Assembly: GCF_963921235.1 (NCBI RefSeq)
Contig: NC_086116.1
Span: 51,336,001 to 51,400,000, forward strand
Source: Mobula hypostoma
Lineage: Eukaryota
Direction: 5' to 3'
Length of the DNA: 64,000 nucleotides
This document shows, one piece after another, positions 24,362-36,951 of the stretch (position 1 is the first letter of the stretch; each line of letters begins with the position of its first letter). Under the pieces are notes generated by a model, which saw nothing but the letters and a program-made list of their open reading frames with translations, was not told the origin of the DNA and made no database searches. A program made the position numbers and the translations under genes.

Positions 24362-25636
24362 ATTGTTCCAAGATGTTCAATGAGCAGTACACCACAAAAG
24401 CAGGTCCTTCAGCAAATCTAATTCAAGCCAGGCTGTTACTCTACCTACTCCTATCGACCTGCACCCAGATCATAGCCTCTTTGATCCATCTACCTCTCCA
24501 AACTTCTCTTAAATGTTACAACTGAGCCTGCATTTACCATTTCTGCTGCACTTTCGTCCATACTTGCACAACCCTCTGAGTGAAGATCCCCAACAGTAAA
24601 CTTCATTCAAGGCCCAAAGTTAAATCTGTGATTGGTGAGTATTATTGGATAATGAGATGAGCAACTTTCTTTTGTTGGGCCCAAAGTAGAGGCTGTAAGA
24701 AGGAGGGTGATTCCATTCAGTTCATGGATACTGTTCTCTATGAGGGGGGCTTTATGTGTGCAGAGGATCAAAGGTGTTTGAGTTTCACTGGCTTGATCTG
24801 GTGTACCCTGGCCACAGCTACCTTCTCCCTCCTCCTGCAGCGATCTGGAAAATGAGGTAAACAAGAACTGTGTTTGTGGTTTCAGCAAAGGAGGTTTTGG
24901 TAACAAATGCATCAGAAACAACTGGAGTCTGTTTTATCAACTTGTCCACAGAAATAAAGCACAGCCTGATCCTGAGTAGAATGAGGAGCACATCACACTT
25001 CACTGCGGGGGTCACTGAGTCTCGTGGCTGATGTCAGAATCAGTGTGTGGACTTTATCCACACAGGGTGAAGTTAAACTTTACTTGATTGATTCCTGGAA
25101 GAAAAGAGTGCACCCTCTGAAAAATGATTTGAGCCCCTGGAATTAAAAGTGAGAGATATTACAGTGAAACCCATTACAGTTTTACTGGATGAAAGGATAA
25201 CTGGTTAAATGCTTGGGTGAAGTGCAGAACTAGGGATTGCAAATAACTGACTGGCCACTTAGGAATGAGATAATGAAATTTTTTTTCCATTCAAATATTC
25301 CTTGGAATCATCTAAACAAGGAGAGTTCCACATGCACAGTCAGTGAGTAAACTCAAGGCTGACATTGATAGGGTTGTGGGCACAGGGAAATTGAAGGACA
25401 TGAAGAGAGGAGGAGGCAGAAAATGAGCTGGGTGTTTTGGATGATAGCGGGTCAAAAGCTCTGCTGACTGGCTACCTGCACACATTTCCTTATCAGTGGA
25501 AAGTGGCTTGGCCTGCGACTCCATTCCTCAGTCTGTAGTTGAGTATTTGGGGTCATCTAGTGTCCTGGTGATGCTGAAACATCCTTGCTATCTTTTGACC
25601 ACAGACCCCAACTAAATCCTACTTGAAACAGACCAT

Positions 25637-25775
25637 TCAGCACAGTGGGTTGTGGAAATGTGTCATGTGAATTTCTGTGGGTCCGACCTCCTGTGAATGT
25701 TCACTCCGATTCTTCCCATCAGTAAGGTCCTTGGTTTCCACAGGGTCCAAGAGTTCCTTAAAACTGGCCCTGTTT
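25637..25775 (-). CDS. Unidentified gene, last coding exon r
   Basis: cctcttcacag|(R)NRASFKELLDPVETKDLTDGKNRSEHSQEVGPTEIHMTHFHNPLC*; phase 2. Confidence 0.83.
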
Positions 25776-26002
25776 CTGTGAAGAGGTGAAAGAGTAACAG
25801 CTACAAACCCTTTAAAACTCAGCTCATGCTCTCCAACCTCACACATCATGCTTTTCATCCCTAAGCCCTCACACTCAACCATTCAAATATATCTCACAGC
25901 CCCTCCCTCAGCCTCAACTCCGAAGCTCTACCTCTGATCTCCCAACATCAGCTCAAATCTTCAGTCCCCACATAACCATTTCTCATCCCTCAAAACAACA
26001 GG

Positions 26003-26262
26003 TTACAGCTCGGGCCATTCTGGAGTTCGGAGTTCAACTCTGGCACCATCTGTACGGAGTTGATACGTTCTCCGCACATGAAGCATGTGTGTTTCTGCTA
26101 GTGTTCCAGTTTCATTCCACAGTCCAAAGATATACCAGTTGGTAAGCTCATCAGTTACTGTAAGTTGTCCCATGATTAGGCTGGTGTTGAATAGGTGGGT
26201 TGCTGGGTGGTGCGGCTCATTGGCCCAGAAGAGCCTGTACCGTGGTGTATCTCTAAATAAGC
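26003..26262 (+). mobile_element. tRNA-derived SINE (HE1/V-SINE-like)
   Basis: B-box-like GAGTTCAACTC and core CCACAGTCCAAAGA. Related minus copy at ~53690-53800. Confidence 0.55.
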
Positions 26263-26552
26263 CACTCATTCTTACCCATCAACACAACTCCCACTGTTAC
26301 TTTTATACCTCATCTGTCATTAAACTCACTCTAAACCCCTCACTAATTTATCCCATTATTGCCCCCACTACCACCATTGTAAATTTCCACCCTTTCTCAT
26401 TCCCAGACTCCATCCCCTATACCTCCATCAGTCCCTCCTCACTCCTCAATGTCCCTCAACATCACTGCTGTTTCAACTCCATCCTTTGCTTCACCCTTCA
26501 TGTCCACTCAACTCCAGTTCCTCACTTTCCAATTAAATGGATGATTTCTTAC

Positions 26553-26641
26553 CGTTCACCTTTTGATCTTAGAATGAAGGTACGTTCTTGTCGAAGTTGC
26601 TCCAATGTTTCTCTGACTCTAGTCCTCCAATGTTCAGATTC
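26553..26641 (-). CDS. Unidentified gene, exon q
   Basis: catgttag|ESEHWRTRVRETLEQLRQERTFILRSKGE(R)|gtaaga; phase 0/2. Confidence 0.83.
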
Positions 26642-28039
26642 CTAACATGGGACACAAAAAGACACTGTAATTCCCAGAACATGGAGTCATACTGAAGGGT
26701 TGAATGAGATCTACTGGGAGCGGTAAAGGGAGTCAAGGAGTGAAGAGATGTCCTGGATTAGGTGAATCAGGAATGAGGGAATAGAAGGGGACTGGGAGAG
26801 TGTGGGGGCTGGAGAAGTGAGGTTGTCAGATACGGTAATTGATCCAGAGAAATGTGAGGGATTTAGGAGACTGAGAGACCCAGGTATGACTGTTTAGAGA
26901 CACCAGTCAGTCAGTCCAACCCTCTAGTTTTTTGACTCTAGGGCTACTTTTGTAGAGGGGGGGTGGTGATTGGACTAACAGTCCAGCAATATGCTCACAT
27001 TTCATCCAAGTAGCTAGGAATTTAAATTAAGTAAATCTGAAATAAATTGCCAGTATTAGTGATAATGAAGATAAATCTACCACATTATTATAAAGACCCA
27101 TTCAGTTCACAAGTGTTCTTCAGAGAAGAAATTCTGTCAAACTTACATACTAGCCGATTTGGTTGACGTTTAACTGTCATATTAAACACTGAACAAACAA
27201 CTTACTTGCAGCAAAGATACAAAGTGGACCAGCTGGCATTGACCTAAGCATCTGCTTTAAGATGCTCAAAGGCATCAGGTAATCAGGTAAGCTCTAGCTC
27301 CCTAACGCTTAGAATGTCCCAGAACTGAGAATTGTCCCAGAGACTTGTCACGCCTGGCATTCAACCTCTATCATGATTCTTGGACACATCTTGTGCTCCC
27401 AGGGGTATGCAGTTGGCAGCTTGTGACCCAGAAATATTCCACGTTTGGGTCTGTGACCCATTGAGGAGAACAATGCCAAACATGACAGAGGACATCTCTG
27501 TGGATATATAATGTTTTCCCTTAGCTGATGCCTTGGTGCTCTTTGTTGTTGAACAACACATGGAAGAAGTATTATGAGGTAAAAAATGACTTCGATGTCC
27601 ATTAACATGGATCACTTGGAGAACCTACATGGATCACTTGGAGTACCAACATTTACAAATTTTGCCAAGTACTGAAGGACATATTTGTCAGAATAGGGCA
27701 GAGGGAGATTGTGAGAGAATCTATATGGAAAAATATTTACTTGAAAATTATTATGTTACGGATATAATTGTCCATATATGAAAGGTAGGAATGAACATCA
27801 CTCAGTCCTCAAGTATGTTATGGCTTTTCATACCATACACACCATTGCAACACTCTGCTCAGTAGGATACAATCAAACAGACATAGTTACCGTGCATGAG
27901 AACTATGGCCATCAGCAGCAGAATTTTATTCCATCACAATGTAACCTAATTGGATCAAAAGATCCTCACTCTAATGTTAACAACAAGATCAAGGAACATA
28001 GCTTTGAAAAATGGAGTGGAGAGCGCACAAGAGCACCCG

Positions 28040-28295
28040 AGTAATCCGGTATGTTTTCTCTACAAGGGGAGGGAGGGAACGTCGACTTAGACCATGAGAG
28101 GCCTGCGTCAGGCATTTTCATGCCTTACAAGGTGCAGATTGGAAGTCTGTGTGGGACGCCACTCCTCGCACAGACACTAGAGCAATGTGTGGTTAAGTAC
28201 CTTGCTCAAGGACACAAACACGCTGCTACAGCTGAGGCTCAAACTAGCAACCTTCAGATCACTAGACGAATGCCTTAACCACTTGGCCACGTGCC
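28040..28295 (-). mobile_element. V-SINE-like element
   Basis: Minus strand has tRNA head GTGGCCAAGTGGTTAAGGC (A box), a decayed B box, then GTGTCCTTGAGCAAGGTACTTAACC (V-domain-like). Confidence 0.65.
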
Positions 28296-29944
28296 CAACA
28301 CAAAATCTCTACAAAATCACAGGCAAATCCAATCCAGTCATCAATCTAAATCTTCTCCAAAGTAATGGCAGTGCTATCAACAACACCTACCAACAACCTG
28401 CTCACTTTTGCTCAATTTGCTTCAGAACTTATTACGTCTTTGGTATAAAGATAGATAAAAAGGCTGAGTTCCCATCATACAAAGAGTTAGAGGACATATT
28501 GTACGGAAACTTCAGCAGTAAGGCTCCACCAAAGCCTCATCAAGTCTTTCCCCATCTAAATCTATCAACGCACCCTTTCTTATCTTTTCCCTTGTGTACA
28601 TGTTCTGCCTGCTCTTAAATGTATCTTTTCCAATTGCTTCAGCGACACCCTGCGATAGAGTTCCACATTCTCACTGCTCTGTTAGGAAGTTATTTCAAAT
28701 TCGTCTTGTGTTGATTGACTCCAATTCTGCCCTTTCCTGTGTGAAATATTATCTCAGTATTCACTCCATCAAAACTTTAATAATTTTAGAAATCTCTATC
28801 AGGTCATTCCTTTTACCTTCTCTTCTTGAGAATGAGATCCAGTCTGTTCATCCTTTCCTGAAGTGAATCCTTTTGTATTCCTCCATTGTCTCTATATTAT
28901 TTTATAATACATAGCCCAGAACTATATAGTACAAGTATGGCTTAGTCAAGTTACCATAAATTATAGTGTAACTTCCCTATTTTTCTGTTCTGTCCCTTTA
29001 GAAGTGAATTCTAATGCTTGTTTTCTTTAAATCTTTAAAGCCTGTTTTACAATTTTTACTGGCTCATGTATCTGTACTGGGAGATTCCTTTGTTCCTCCA
29101 ACTCCTGGTCTGCACTTTCCAAGGTAAGGTGGGACTAATATCAAGGCAACATTTGACTGAAAATGGCAACAGTGAGCCCATGCAAGACTGAAGGGAACTG
29201 GTGTCAGGGAAAAATGAAACAAAATGGTTCTGGCTTTTGGAAGCCTTTTCATCCCCAAGAAATCCATGTGGAGTTCTCCAGGGAAGTGTCCAAGACCAAA
29301 CTATCATTAGCTGCTTACTCAATATTATGCTTCCTGCAAAGGTGAGGATATTTGTGAATCATGCAATGTTCAGATCCATTTGCAATTCCTTAGTCAATAA
29401 GGCCTGTGTACAGTCCAACTTGGGCTACATTCATAAGTGACAAGTTACAATAGTGCCATAAAATTGCCAGGCAGTGAATAGCCACCTGCAGCGAGAGTGT
29501 CTAACCATCAGCCATACAATGGCCAAATCATTGACCACCAACACCTTGACCAAAAGCCTAATAAGATCAACCAGTCACACGTGCATTATAGTTATAAGAT
29601 GTCCAAAGCCTTCTACAAGAAAAAAAAGTGTGATGGAATATTTTCTCTTGTTTGGATGAATGCATCTCTTGAAAGTTCAATGTCTTCCAGTAAAGGTGAG
29701 CCTGCTTGATTGACTATCATCCTAAAGATTCACCATATCCATTCCATTTGCAGGTGGCTGCAATGTTTCAATGTAATAGAATTATTTGTCAAGGACTTTT
29801 TTTTGACTATATCTCCAAAAACTGTGACCTCTACAACCTGGAAGGACAGATATCGCAAAAGACTACCATCTGTCACTCACCATCCTAACTTGTCCCTTTT
29901 CATAATGGTTGAAAACTTACAAATTCACAGTCTAATGTAGTTCA

Positions 29945-30760
29945 TAATCAAAGTCAATGTGCACTTATTATCAAAGAATGTATAAATTATACAGCCTCAA
30001 GATTTGTTTGCGTAACAGGCAGTTGCAAAGCAAGGAATCAGATTAACTGTTAAATAAAAATAAGGCCAACCCCCAGTGCCCACAGAGAAAGAGGAGAAGA
30101 AATCAAAACAAATCATGCAAACAACAGAAGTGAGCGACAACAAGAGCATTCCGAACCAAAATTGAGTCCTTAAATCCAAATCCCTGGAGCAGCTCAGAGT
30201 AGGCCCAAAGCCTCAGTATTCAGTCCATCATACTAGCAGGGAAATCACTGCAAAGTCTGCAGACATGAAGCACAGCAGCCAAGGCAGTCTCACAGCCTTA
30301 TGGTTGTAGAGAGAGGAACCCCAAGATATCTGGGCCAGCGTTGAAATTATCTGAACCTTGTACTAGGAACAGGGCCCAACTGTGACGAATCGCTCTGGGC
30401 TTAGATTTCACTGCTGGAGAAGCCATTCTTGACCTGTTCAAATCGGCTCGGCGCTTAGAGTGATCCACCCTCGCACCCGAGCAAACAACCTCATCCAACA
30501 CTTTCCAGTCTATCTGGGCCGGTGTTTAGATTGTCCAAGCAACATATTGTACTTTGCATTAGGACCCAGGTATCGCCGTGATGATTTAGAACATGGTGCC
30601 CAGCGATTCATTTTGGAGCTGGGTTTCACTGCTGAAGAAGCCGTTCTCAACCTCTCCAAATTGGCCCAGTGCTTAGAGTAATCCACTCTTGCACCCGGGT
30701 TAGTTGGAAGGGCATTAGAACTCCTCTGTCCCATCTTCTCCCCTCTGAATTGTCCATTCC
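29945..30760 (-). mobile_element. Family B non-autonomous retroelement, second copy
   Basis: Shares TTATTATCAAAG..TAAATTATAC..GAGATTTG and TTCCGAACCAAAA blocks with 17355-18345. Contains an internal ~215-bp duplication. Confidence 0.6.
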
Positions 30761-31850
30761 AACCAGCACAATGGAGTGTGTTCAGCTCATGGACTGCTAT
30801 GGTTGAAGATTAAGGCTAACTCTCCCTCCCTTGAAGGATTGGGCCAGTTGGCAGATGAAGTATAATATAGGAAAATGCAAAAAAAATGTCTATTTATAGG
30901 AATCATAGGAAACCAGGGTGCTTTAATGAAATGCAAGAGTTTTGTGTGTTATTATTCAAAGAGTCTAGAGTGTCTATGTACATGAGGTTGCAATCAATGA
31001 ACATGTAGACAAGAACAGTGTTTTTGTCTTTAGTACAGAGATTGGTGAATAAGAGAGGCAAGTCTGGTGAAAATCCACAATTAGAGTGCATAGTTTTGTT
31101 TTTTTTTAATCCAAGAAAGGAAGGAATTAAGAATTGTTGGATCCCTTCTCAAGATGAGTGGGTTTTCCAGTTAGTAAGACTGAATGTTGGGCGTATGTTC
31201 CCTGCAGTTTATAAGAATGAGAGATACTAATTGAAATTTATATCTTTAAAGAGGACTTGACTGGGTAAGTGTCGAGAGCCTTAAAAGGAGGCATCAACTT
31301 GATATGGGATGTGGGACAAGTGACCTAAAACAATGAGGTTAGTGAATGAGGTTGAGACTGCAACGAGAGAATTGGGAAATAAAAATGGATGGACTTTAAT
31401 GGGTGATTAAGAGAATTGGATGGGTGGGCTTTGATGTAGTCGTTGGGATGATGAATTTCCCCACTTACTTACAAAGTTGAATTGTCTGCTTCAAGGGATT
31501 GTGCATGTTTAGTCATTGACCGTATAAGAACACTGATCAGTGACTTCTGGGCATTGAGGAAATCAAGGATTTTTGGGAGGGTAGAAAACATATACAATAC
31601 AATACTCCTCCTAATCTCAAACAAAATCCCACCTCTTCAGAACCCTTATTTCAAGCAACAAAACCCAAATATTGTCATCAAAGATGATCCTGCCTGACCT
31701 GTTCTTGTCCCATTCACGCCCTTTCCTCTGTGCCACCTAACAGCCTATGGGCACCTCTCTCTGCATTCCAGATGTATTGGAGGGGCTGTGCAGTCGCACA
31801 ATTGCTGGGTACCGTGAACTGTTTTCTCTTTGTAGTTCATGATATCTCAC

Positions 31851-31952
31851 CTCGTGCAAATAGGTATTGTGAACGACTTGTCCACAGGTCTGAGGGAGTG
31901 GTCTGTCAAGAGCAGATGCTCTGCTTTGGGCAATGGAAAGACCCTCCTGTAC
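31851..31952 (-). CDS. Unidentified gene, exon p
   Basis: ccttctcccatccag|VQEGLSIAQSRASALDRPLPQTCGQVVHNTYLHE|gtgaga; phase 0/0. Confidence 0.8.
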
Positions 31953-32783
31953 CTGGATGGGAGAAGGCGAGAGATAATGATTAGGGGGCAGTGAGTCAGA
32001 GATTGATATTGAATAGCTAAATTTACAGGGCGTAAAATAACAAGAACATTGAACAATGAGCATGGGTTCTCAGCCAAACAAGGGAGAACAGGAGGCAAAG
32101 GGCCTTGAGTAGCAATGTAATCTGAACACTGGGGAGCTGGGCTACACACTTCTGTTTCTGGAATCATGTACTGGAGAGCATACTGACTCCACTGATAGTG
32201 GAGGGATACACATGAATGATTTAAATGAATAGCCAATTTTTTTCTGTGCTTCAGATCTGCGCATCAGGTGTGAATATTGATTCCCTTCGCTGGCTGAGTT
32301 GAAGAAATGCCAGGATGTGCCTGACCCTAACCTCAGCCCTGGAGATCATAGGTCATGAGGTCAGATGGAGTTGCCTGAGATATTGGTTTATGCCCTAGTT
32401 TTAAAGCCAGCTGTAGTTTGTAAAGCTGGGATGGAAGGAGTCCAGGACCCTTTGAGAAGGCGCAAAGCTCATAGTATAAGGAGCAAGGCAACAAAAATAA
32501 TTTAACACAAACAGCACCCTGTGACCCTTCCAACTGGCATGCTCCAGGGCCTAGCTCTTGATAATTAGCCCATACCCTCTATTCTGCTTCTTTGTGTGAA
32601 ATACTCTGGGTCCTGAGGCAGAGAATTTCTGCCCTAACTTTTATACCTTGGAAGTGTGCAAGGGTGACAAATTCTTCATCTCAGATACTTCTGAGGGAGC
32701 AATGCTGGGAATGGTCCACGAGTCTGGCTGCTGTGTTCTGGTGATTGCTTATTTAATCTGTGTCCCAGTTCGGAGCCACTTAC

Positions 32784-32927
32784 CCGCAGTGCTTGCCTCT
32801 CCTTGTCTCTCCTTCGCTTCTCTTCAGCTTTCCTCTGAACATGCGCCAGGCTCCTCAGGACGTTCATCTTCTCCTCATCTGATAGTAATATCATGTTCAA
32901 CTCATTGCGAGGGCCAGCTATGCGAGG
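32784..32927 (-). CDS. Unidentified gene, exon o
   Basis: tctctgcag|PRIAGPRNELNMILLSDEEKMNVLRSLAHVQRKAEEKRRRDKERQALR|gtaagt; phase 0/0. Confidence 0.85.
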
Positions 32928-32997
32928 CTGCAGAGATAACAGTCATCCCTCAAACCCTCAACGCAAACGACCAGAGGACGACTAAGTTATGGCAGGG

Positions 32998-33410
32998 TAC
33001 ATAGAATACTCCAGTACAGTGTAGGCCTTTTGGTCCACAATGTTGTGCTGACCTTTTAACCTGCTCTAAGATCAATCTAACCCTTCCCTCCTACTTAACC
33101 CTCCATCTTTCATTCATCCAAGAGATTTTAAATGCCTCTAACTCTTCTACCACCACACCTCCTATACTTTTCCTTAATCACCTCAAAATTATATCCCCTG
33201 GTACTAGCCATTCCACCTTGGGAAAATGTCTGGCGATCCACTTGATATATGCCCCTTATCACCATGTACAGCTCTATCGAGTCGCCTTTTATCCTCCGTA
33301 GCTCCAAATAGAAAAGCACTGGCTCGCTCAACCTGTTCTTAAATCCATGCAGCATCCTGGTAGATCTCCTCTGCACCTTCTCAAAAGTTTCTACATCCTT
33401 CTTATAATGA
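32998..33410 (-). mobile_element. CR1 3' fragment
   Basis: PHYKKDVETFEKVQRRSTRML motif and CR1 3' UTR. Confidence 0.7.
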
Positions 33411-34239
33411 GGCCCAATGTCAACACAGAGGGTATGCAATCTGCTCCCTCTCCACTGCAAGAGCCTCATATTATAAACAGTCTCTGCCTATTCTCACATC
33501 CTCAGCTTGCATTTCTATGTTACATTCTCTGCTTTGTTCATGTTCCTCCCACAACCGCTGGACTAAACACTAAAGTGGACTGAGATTTATGGTGGATAGA
33601 GTCACAACCAGCAAAAGAAACAGTTTGTAAAAATGTCACACTCCCAGAAAATATCACTAGCGAGAGATGTTCAGTAGATGGATATGCTTTGCACAATTCC
33701 CTGCATTCTGTGTGGGGGCGGTTTATTTTTTAAAAATTTAATGGCTGTGGTTAAAAATGCCGTGACCATGGAAACACCAGCACTGATCAACATTTCCAAG
33801 AAGTTAAGTGAATGTGCTACTAAAGGCCATAATATGGTATAAGATTAATGATTACCAAGTGAGACCTGGGTTAATGGACGAGAATCAGCACCTTGAGAAA
33901 TAGTGGGTTGAAATTCAAAGCAAAATATTAATGCTAAATTTGCGGACCTTAGTCACAGCAAACATCACATGGCTAAGGAATTTCACACTGGGTTTCGAGT
34001 CCTATGCTGGAAGAGGTTGTTCATGTCAGCCCACCCAGAATCACCTTTCTGCACTGCGTTTGCCTCAACTTTGCTAAAAACCATTCAACCCAGATGTGAA
34101 AGTGTGTCCCCAATAAACAGTTTGCAATGGCCAGTAGATCTGAATAACAGAAACATAGAAACATAGAAAATAGGTGCAGGAGTAGGCCATTCGAAACTGA
34201 GCATTCAAAATGGTATTGAGTGAAAGTTCAAGAGTGAGA

Positions 34240-34392
34240 TGCTCTCTTCTTTCATTTAGTCCTGACGAAGGGTCTCGCCCCGAAATGTCGACTGTACCTC
34301 TTCCTAGAGATGCTGCCTGGCCTGCTGCATTCACCAGCATTTTTTGTGTGTGTTGCTTGAATTTCCAGCATCTGCAGATTTCCTCGTGTTTG
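34240..34392 (+). mobile_element. Penelope-type terminal fragment with hammerhead motif (34257-34294)
   Basis: UAGUC-CUGACGA-A-GGG(UCUCGC)CCC-GAAA-UGUC-GACUG, followed by the family 3' end CCAGCATCTGCAGA. Confidence 0.72.
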
Positions 34393-34459
34393 GTTTGGAC
34401 TGGTGTTTCTCTAATATAATCTGGGCACTACTAAATAAGAATTAATGGGGGCAAAGCAG

Positions 34460-34730
34460 AACAGAAAATGCTGTAAGGATTAAGCAGATCATGTAGAATC
34501 TGCGAGAAATAGAAACAGTTCCAGGTTGGAGACCCTTTGTCAGAACCAAGAAAGGAAAACAATTTTTTTTATTCCGGTGTCTTCCCCCTTCCTTTCCAGT
34601 CCTAAAGAAGGGTCTTGGCCCGAAACGTTGACTGTTTACTCATTTCCAAAGATGCTGCCTGACCTGTTGGGCTCCTTCAGCAGTTTGTGTTGATTTGGAT
34701 TTCTAGCATCTGCAGACTTTCTCTTGTTTA
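34460..34730. mobile_element. Penelope-type fragments in inverted arrangement; hammerhead core mutated
   Basis: 34597-34634 reads CAGTC-CTAAAGA-A-GGG(TCTTGG)CCC-GAAA-CGTT-GACTG. Decayed inverted arm at 34460-34545. Confidence 0.62.
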
Positions 34731-35402
34731 AAATAAATAAATGCTTAGGTTTCAAAGAAAGGGAGGAAGGATTAAGTAAAGACAATACGTGACAGGGTGA
34801 CTCCAGTTCAAATGGATTAATATGACAATTTGAGGTTGACTATGCTTCTTTGTCTGTGTTGTCTGTGACTGAGGATATGCCCAATAGGACAGTCTGTACT
34901 CCTGGAGAGAGCAAAGCTGAGCCAAGTTTAAAGGTAAATAATTTTCAGCAACCACGATCAGTTGTGATGAAGGCAGAAAAGCGAGTTGGAGTGCAAAAGG
35001 CTGCACTGTGCTGACATGAACAAATGTGCCTGTTAGTGCTCTTGAATGCAGTGCACTAAATTGGAAGAAATACGAGCGAATCACTGTTTCACCTGGAAAG
35101 ACTATTTGGGTGTCTGGATTGTGGGAAAGACAAGTTTTCCATTTCCTGTGGAAGTGAACAGGAGACCGGTTAGTCGTGCATTTCCCTGCACAGTCTATAA
35201 TAGGATGCAGTTTAGTCGATTTGTAACTGGGTGACATATAGTATGATATTAGCTGCATCCATAAATGTGCTTGGTGGAACCTAGATCTCCATAAAAAGAG
35301 ATTATTGTGAATAATGTTGTGGAGAGACACAGATATCAACACAAAATATTATCTGTGTACTCCATGACATAGGACTAAGATGGTGAAGATATTAACTCTC
35401 AC

Positions 35403-35594
35403 CAGGTCTCTGGGCTTTGAATCAGTCTCCTCTCCTATATTTTGCTGCTCTTGCATCAGATCTTGCTCCTCTTTATACTTGGCTTTCACTGAGACTTGGT
35501 CCAGTAGAAAATTCAGTCCAATTTCCTCCTGCTGTGATTGGTTAGAAGAAATCTGTAACATTTGTTCTCCGTTCTGGGCCACAGAAATGGGATC
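35403..35594 (-). CDS. Unidentified gene, exon n
   Basis: ctcttgaaag|DPISVAQNGEQMLQISSNQSQQEEIGLNFLLDQVSVKAKYKEEQDLMQEQQNIGEETDSKPRDL|gtgaga; phase 0/0. Confidence 0.75.
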
Positions 35595-35959
35595 CTTTCA
35601 AGAGAAGAAATGCAGACCACTACAAGCTCAACGATCACAGAAGCATGTATACCAACCACTCCTGCCTCCATACCCAGCCTTTAGACACTGCAAGACGTTC
35701 TCTGAGGCGACCAATCAGCACTCAGTGATGCCTCTCCTCCCCTGTTTTATAATCTATTCCCTGAGGTTGAGTGAAAGCTTAATTTGCACTACACCAACTC
35801 CAATGTCTTCACAGGGTTTGGTATTCGAGGCTGCTCGTCATGTGGGAATGACAGATGTGGCTGTTTTGTAACTTTTGTGCCCACATGCTTAAAGATGGCA
35901 CCGAATAGCCTGTCAGTGAAATTATAATGAGAAATGTAATCTTGAATCTCTTTAGATAT

Positions 35960-36951
35960 CACTGGACAACAAATTTTTTCAAGTGTTGCTTCCTCAGAAT
36001 TTTTTTTGTTTATGATAGATTGCTTGAAGATGAACACAAATATCATTTCAGACTACTTGTATCATGTAGGAATTTGGAGAAACAACAAATTAACTTTTAT
36101 TGAATATAATATGTTCAATTGCATAATGGTGCTGATGCTTTGCGATAGATCAACTGTTAAAAATATTTTGTTAATGATTTTCATTTGTACTCAGTGTCTG
36201 AGGCTTCTCACTTAAGTGTCCAACAATAATTCACCAGCATTGATGGATTCCAGTTGCCCTGGTATCTTTTCTCCATGACCGCAATGTCGTGGTGAAACCT
36301 TTCACCATGCTCGTCACTAACAGCACCAAGATTTGCAGGAAAGAAGTCTAAATGGGAATGCAGAAATTGAATCTTTAGTGACATATTGCATTTCATGGTT
36401 TTATATTCTTGAAGCATGCTTTCAACCAGCTGCATGTAGTTTGGTGCTCTGTAGATGCCGAGAAAAATTCCAACAAATTCCTTGAATGCTTTCCATGTGA
36501 TTTTTCTCTGGTCCCACTAGAAATTCTTCAAATTGCCTGTCATTGATGACCTGTTTGATTTGTGGACCAACAAAAGTGCTTTCCTTAATCTTGGCATCAG
36601 TTATTCTGGGAAGCATCCATCTCAAATATCAAAATCCTTCATAAAAATTCTTGTGACTGGTAATAGCAAATTCCATCCTTACGGTCCTGTACCCAATAAC
36701 TATTACTAAAACCTGTCCTGCCATGCAGCAGCCGCGTCGCCTAAGCGTGCTGAAGCATGCCTAGACAAGATAGGAAACTTTCCAGCTTACATTGTAGGCA
36801 ACATTTTAATTGACTTGAATTATGAATTGAAAGTGATTTCAAAAAATGGTGCATGACAGGGAAATTTCATGGTGATTTTCATGATCAGTAGTCCAAAATT
36901 CATAAGATACACCTAAAGGTATTCAGGAAGCAAAATCTTTGTTGTCCAGTG
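35960..36951 (-). mobile_element. Internally deleted Chapaev3-like (CMC) DNA transposon
   Basis: TIRs CACTGGACAACAAA / TTTGTTGTCCAGTG. Transposase remnants AKIKESTFVGPQIK and MSLKIQFLHSHLDFFPANLGAVSDEHGERFHHDI. Superfamily assigned from memory of these motifs. Confidence 0.75.

Noticed and set aside
24607-25015. Minus-strand ORFs as further exons of the unnamed gene
   Set aside because: They lie downstream of the stop at 25637 and lack a convincing splice pair; probably 3' UTR.
28225-28295. tRNA gene
   Set aside because: The tRNA-like head runs directly into a SINE core and the B box is decayed.
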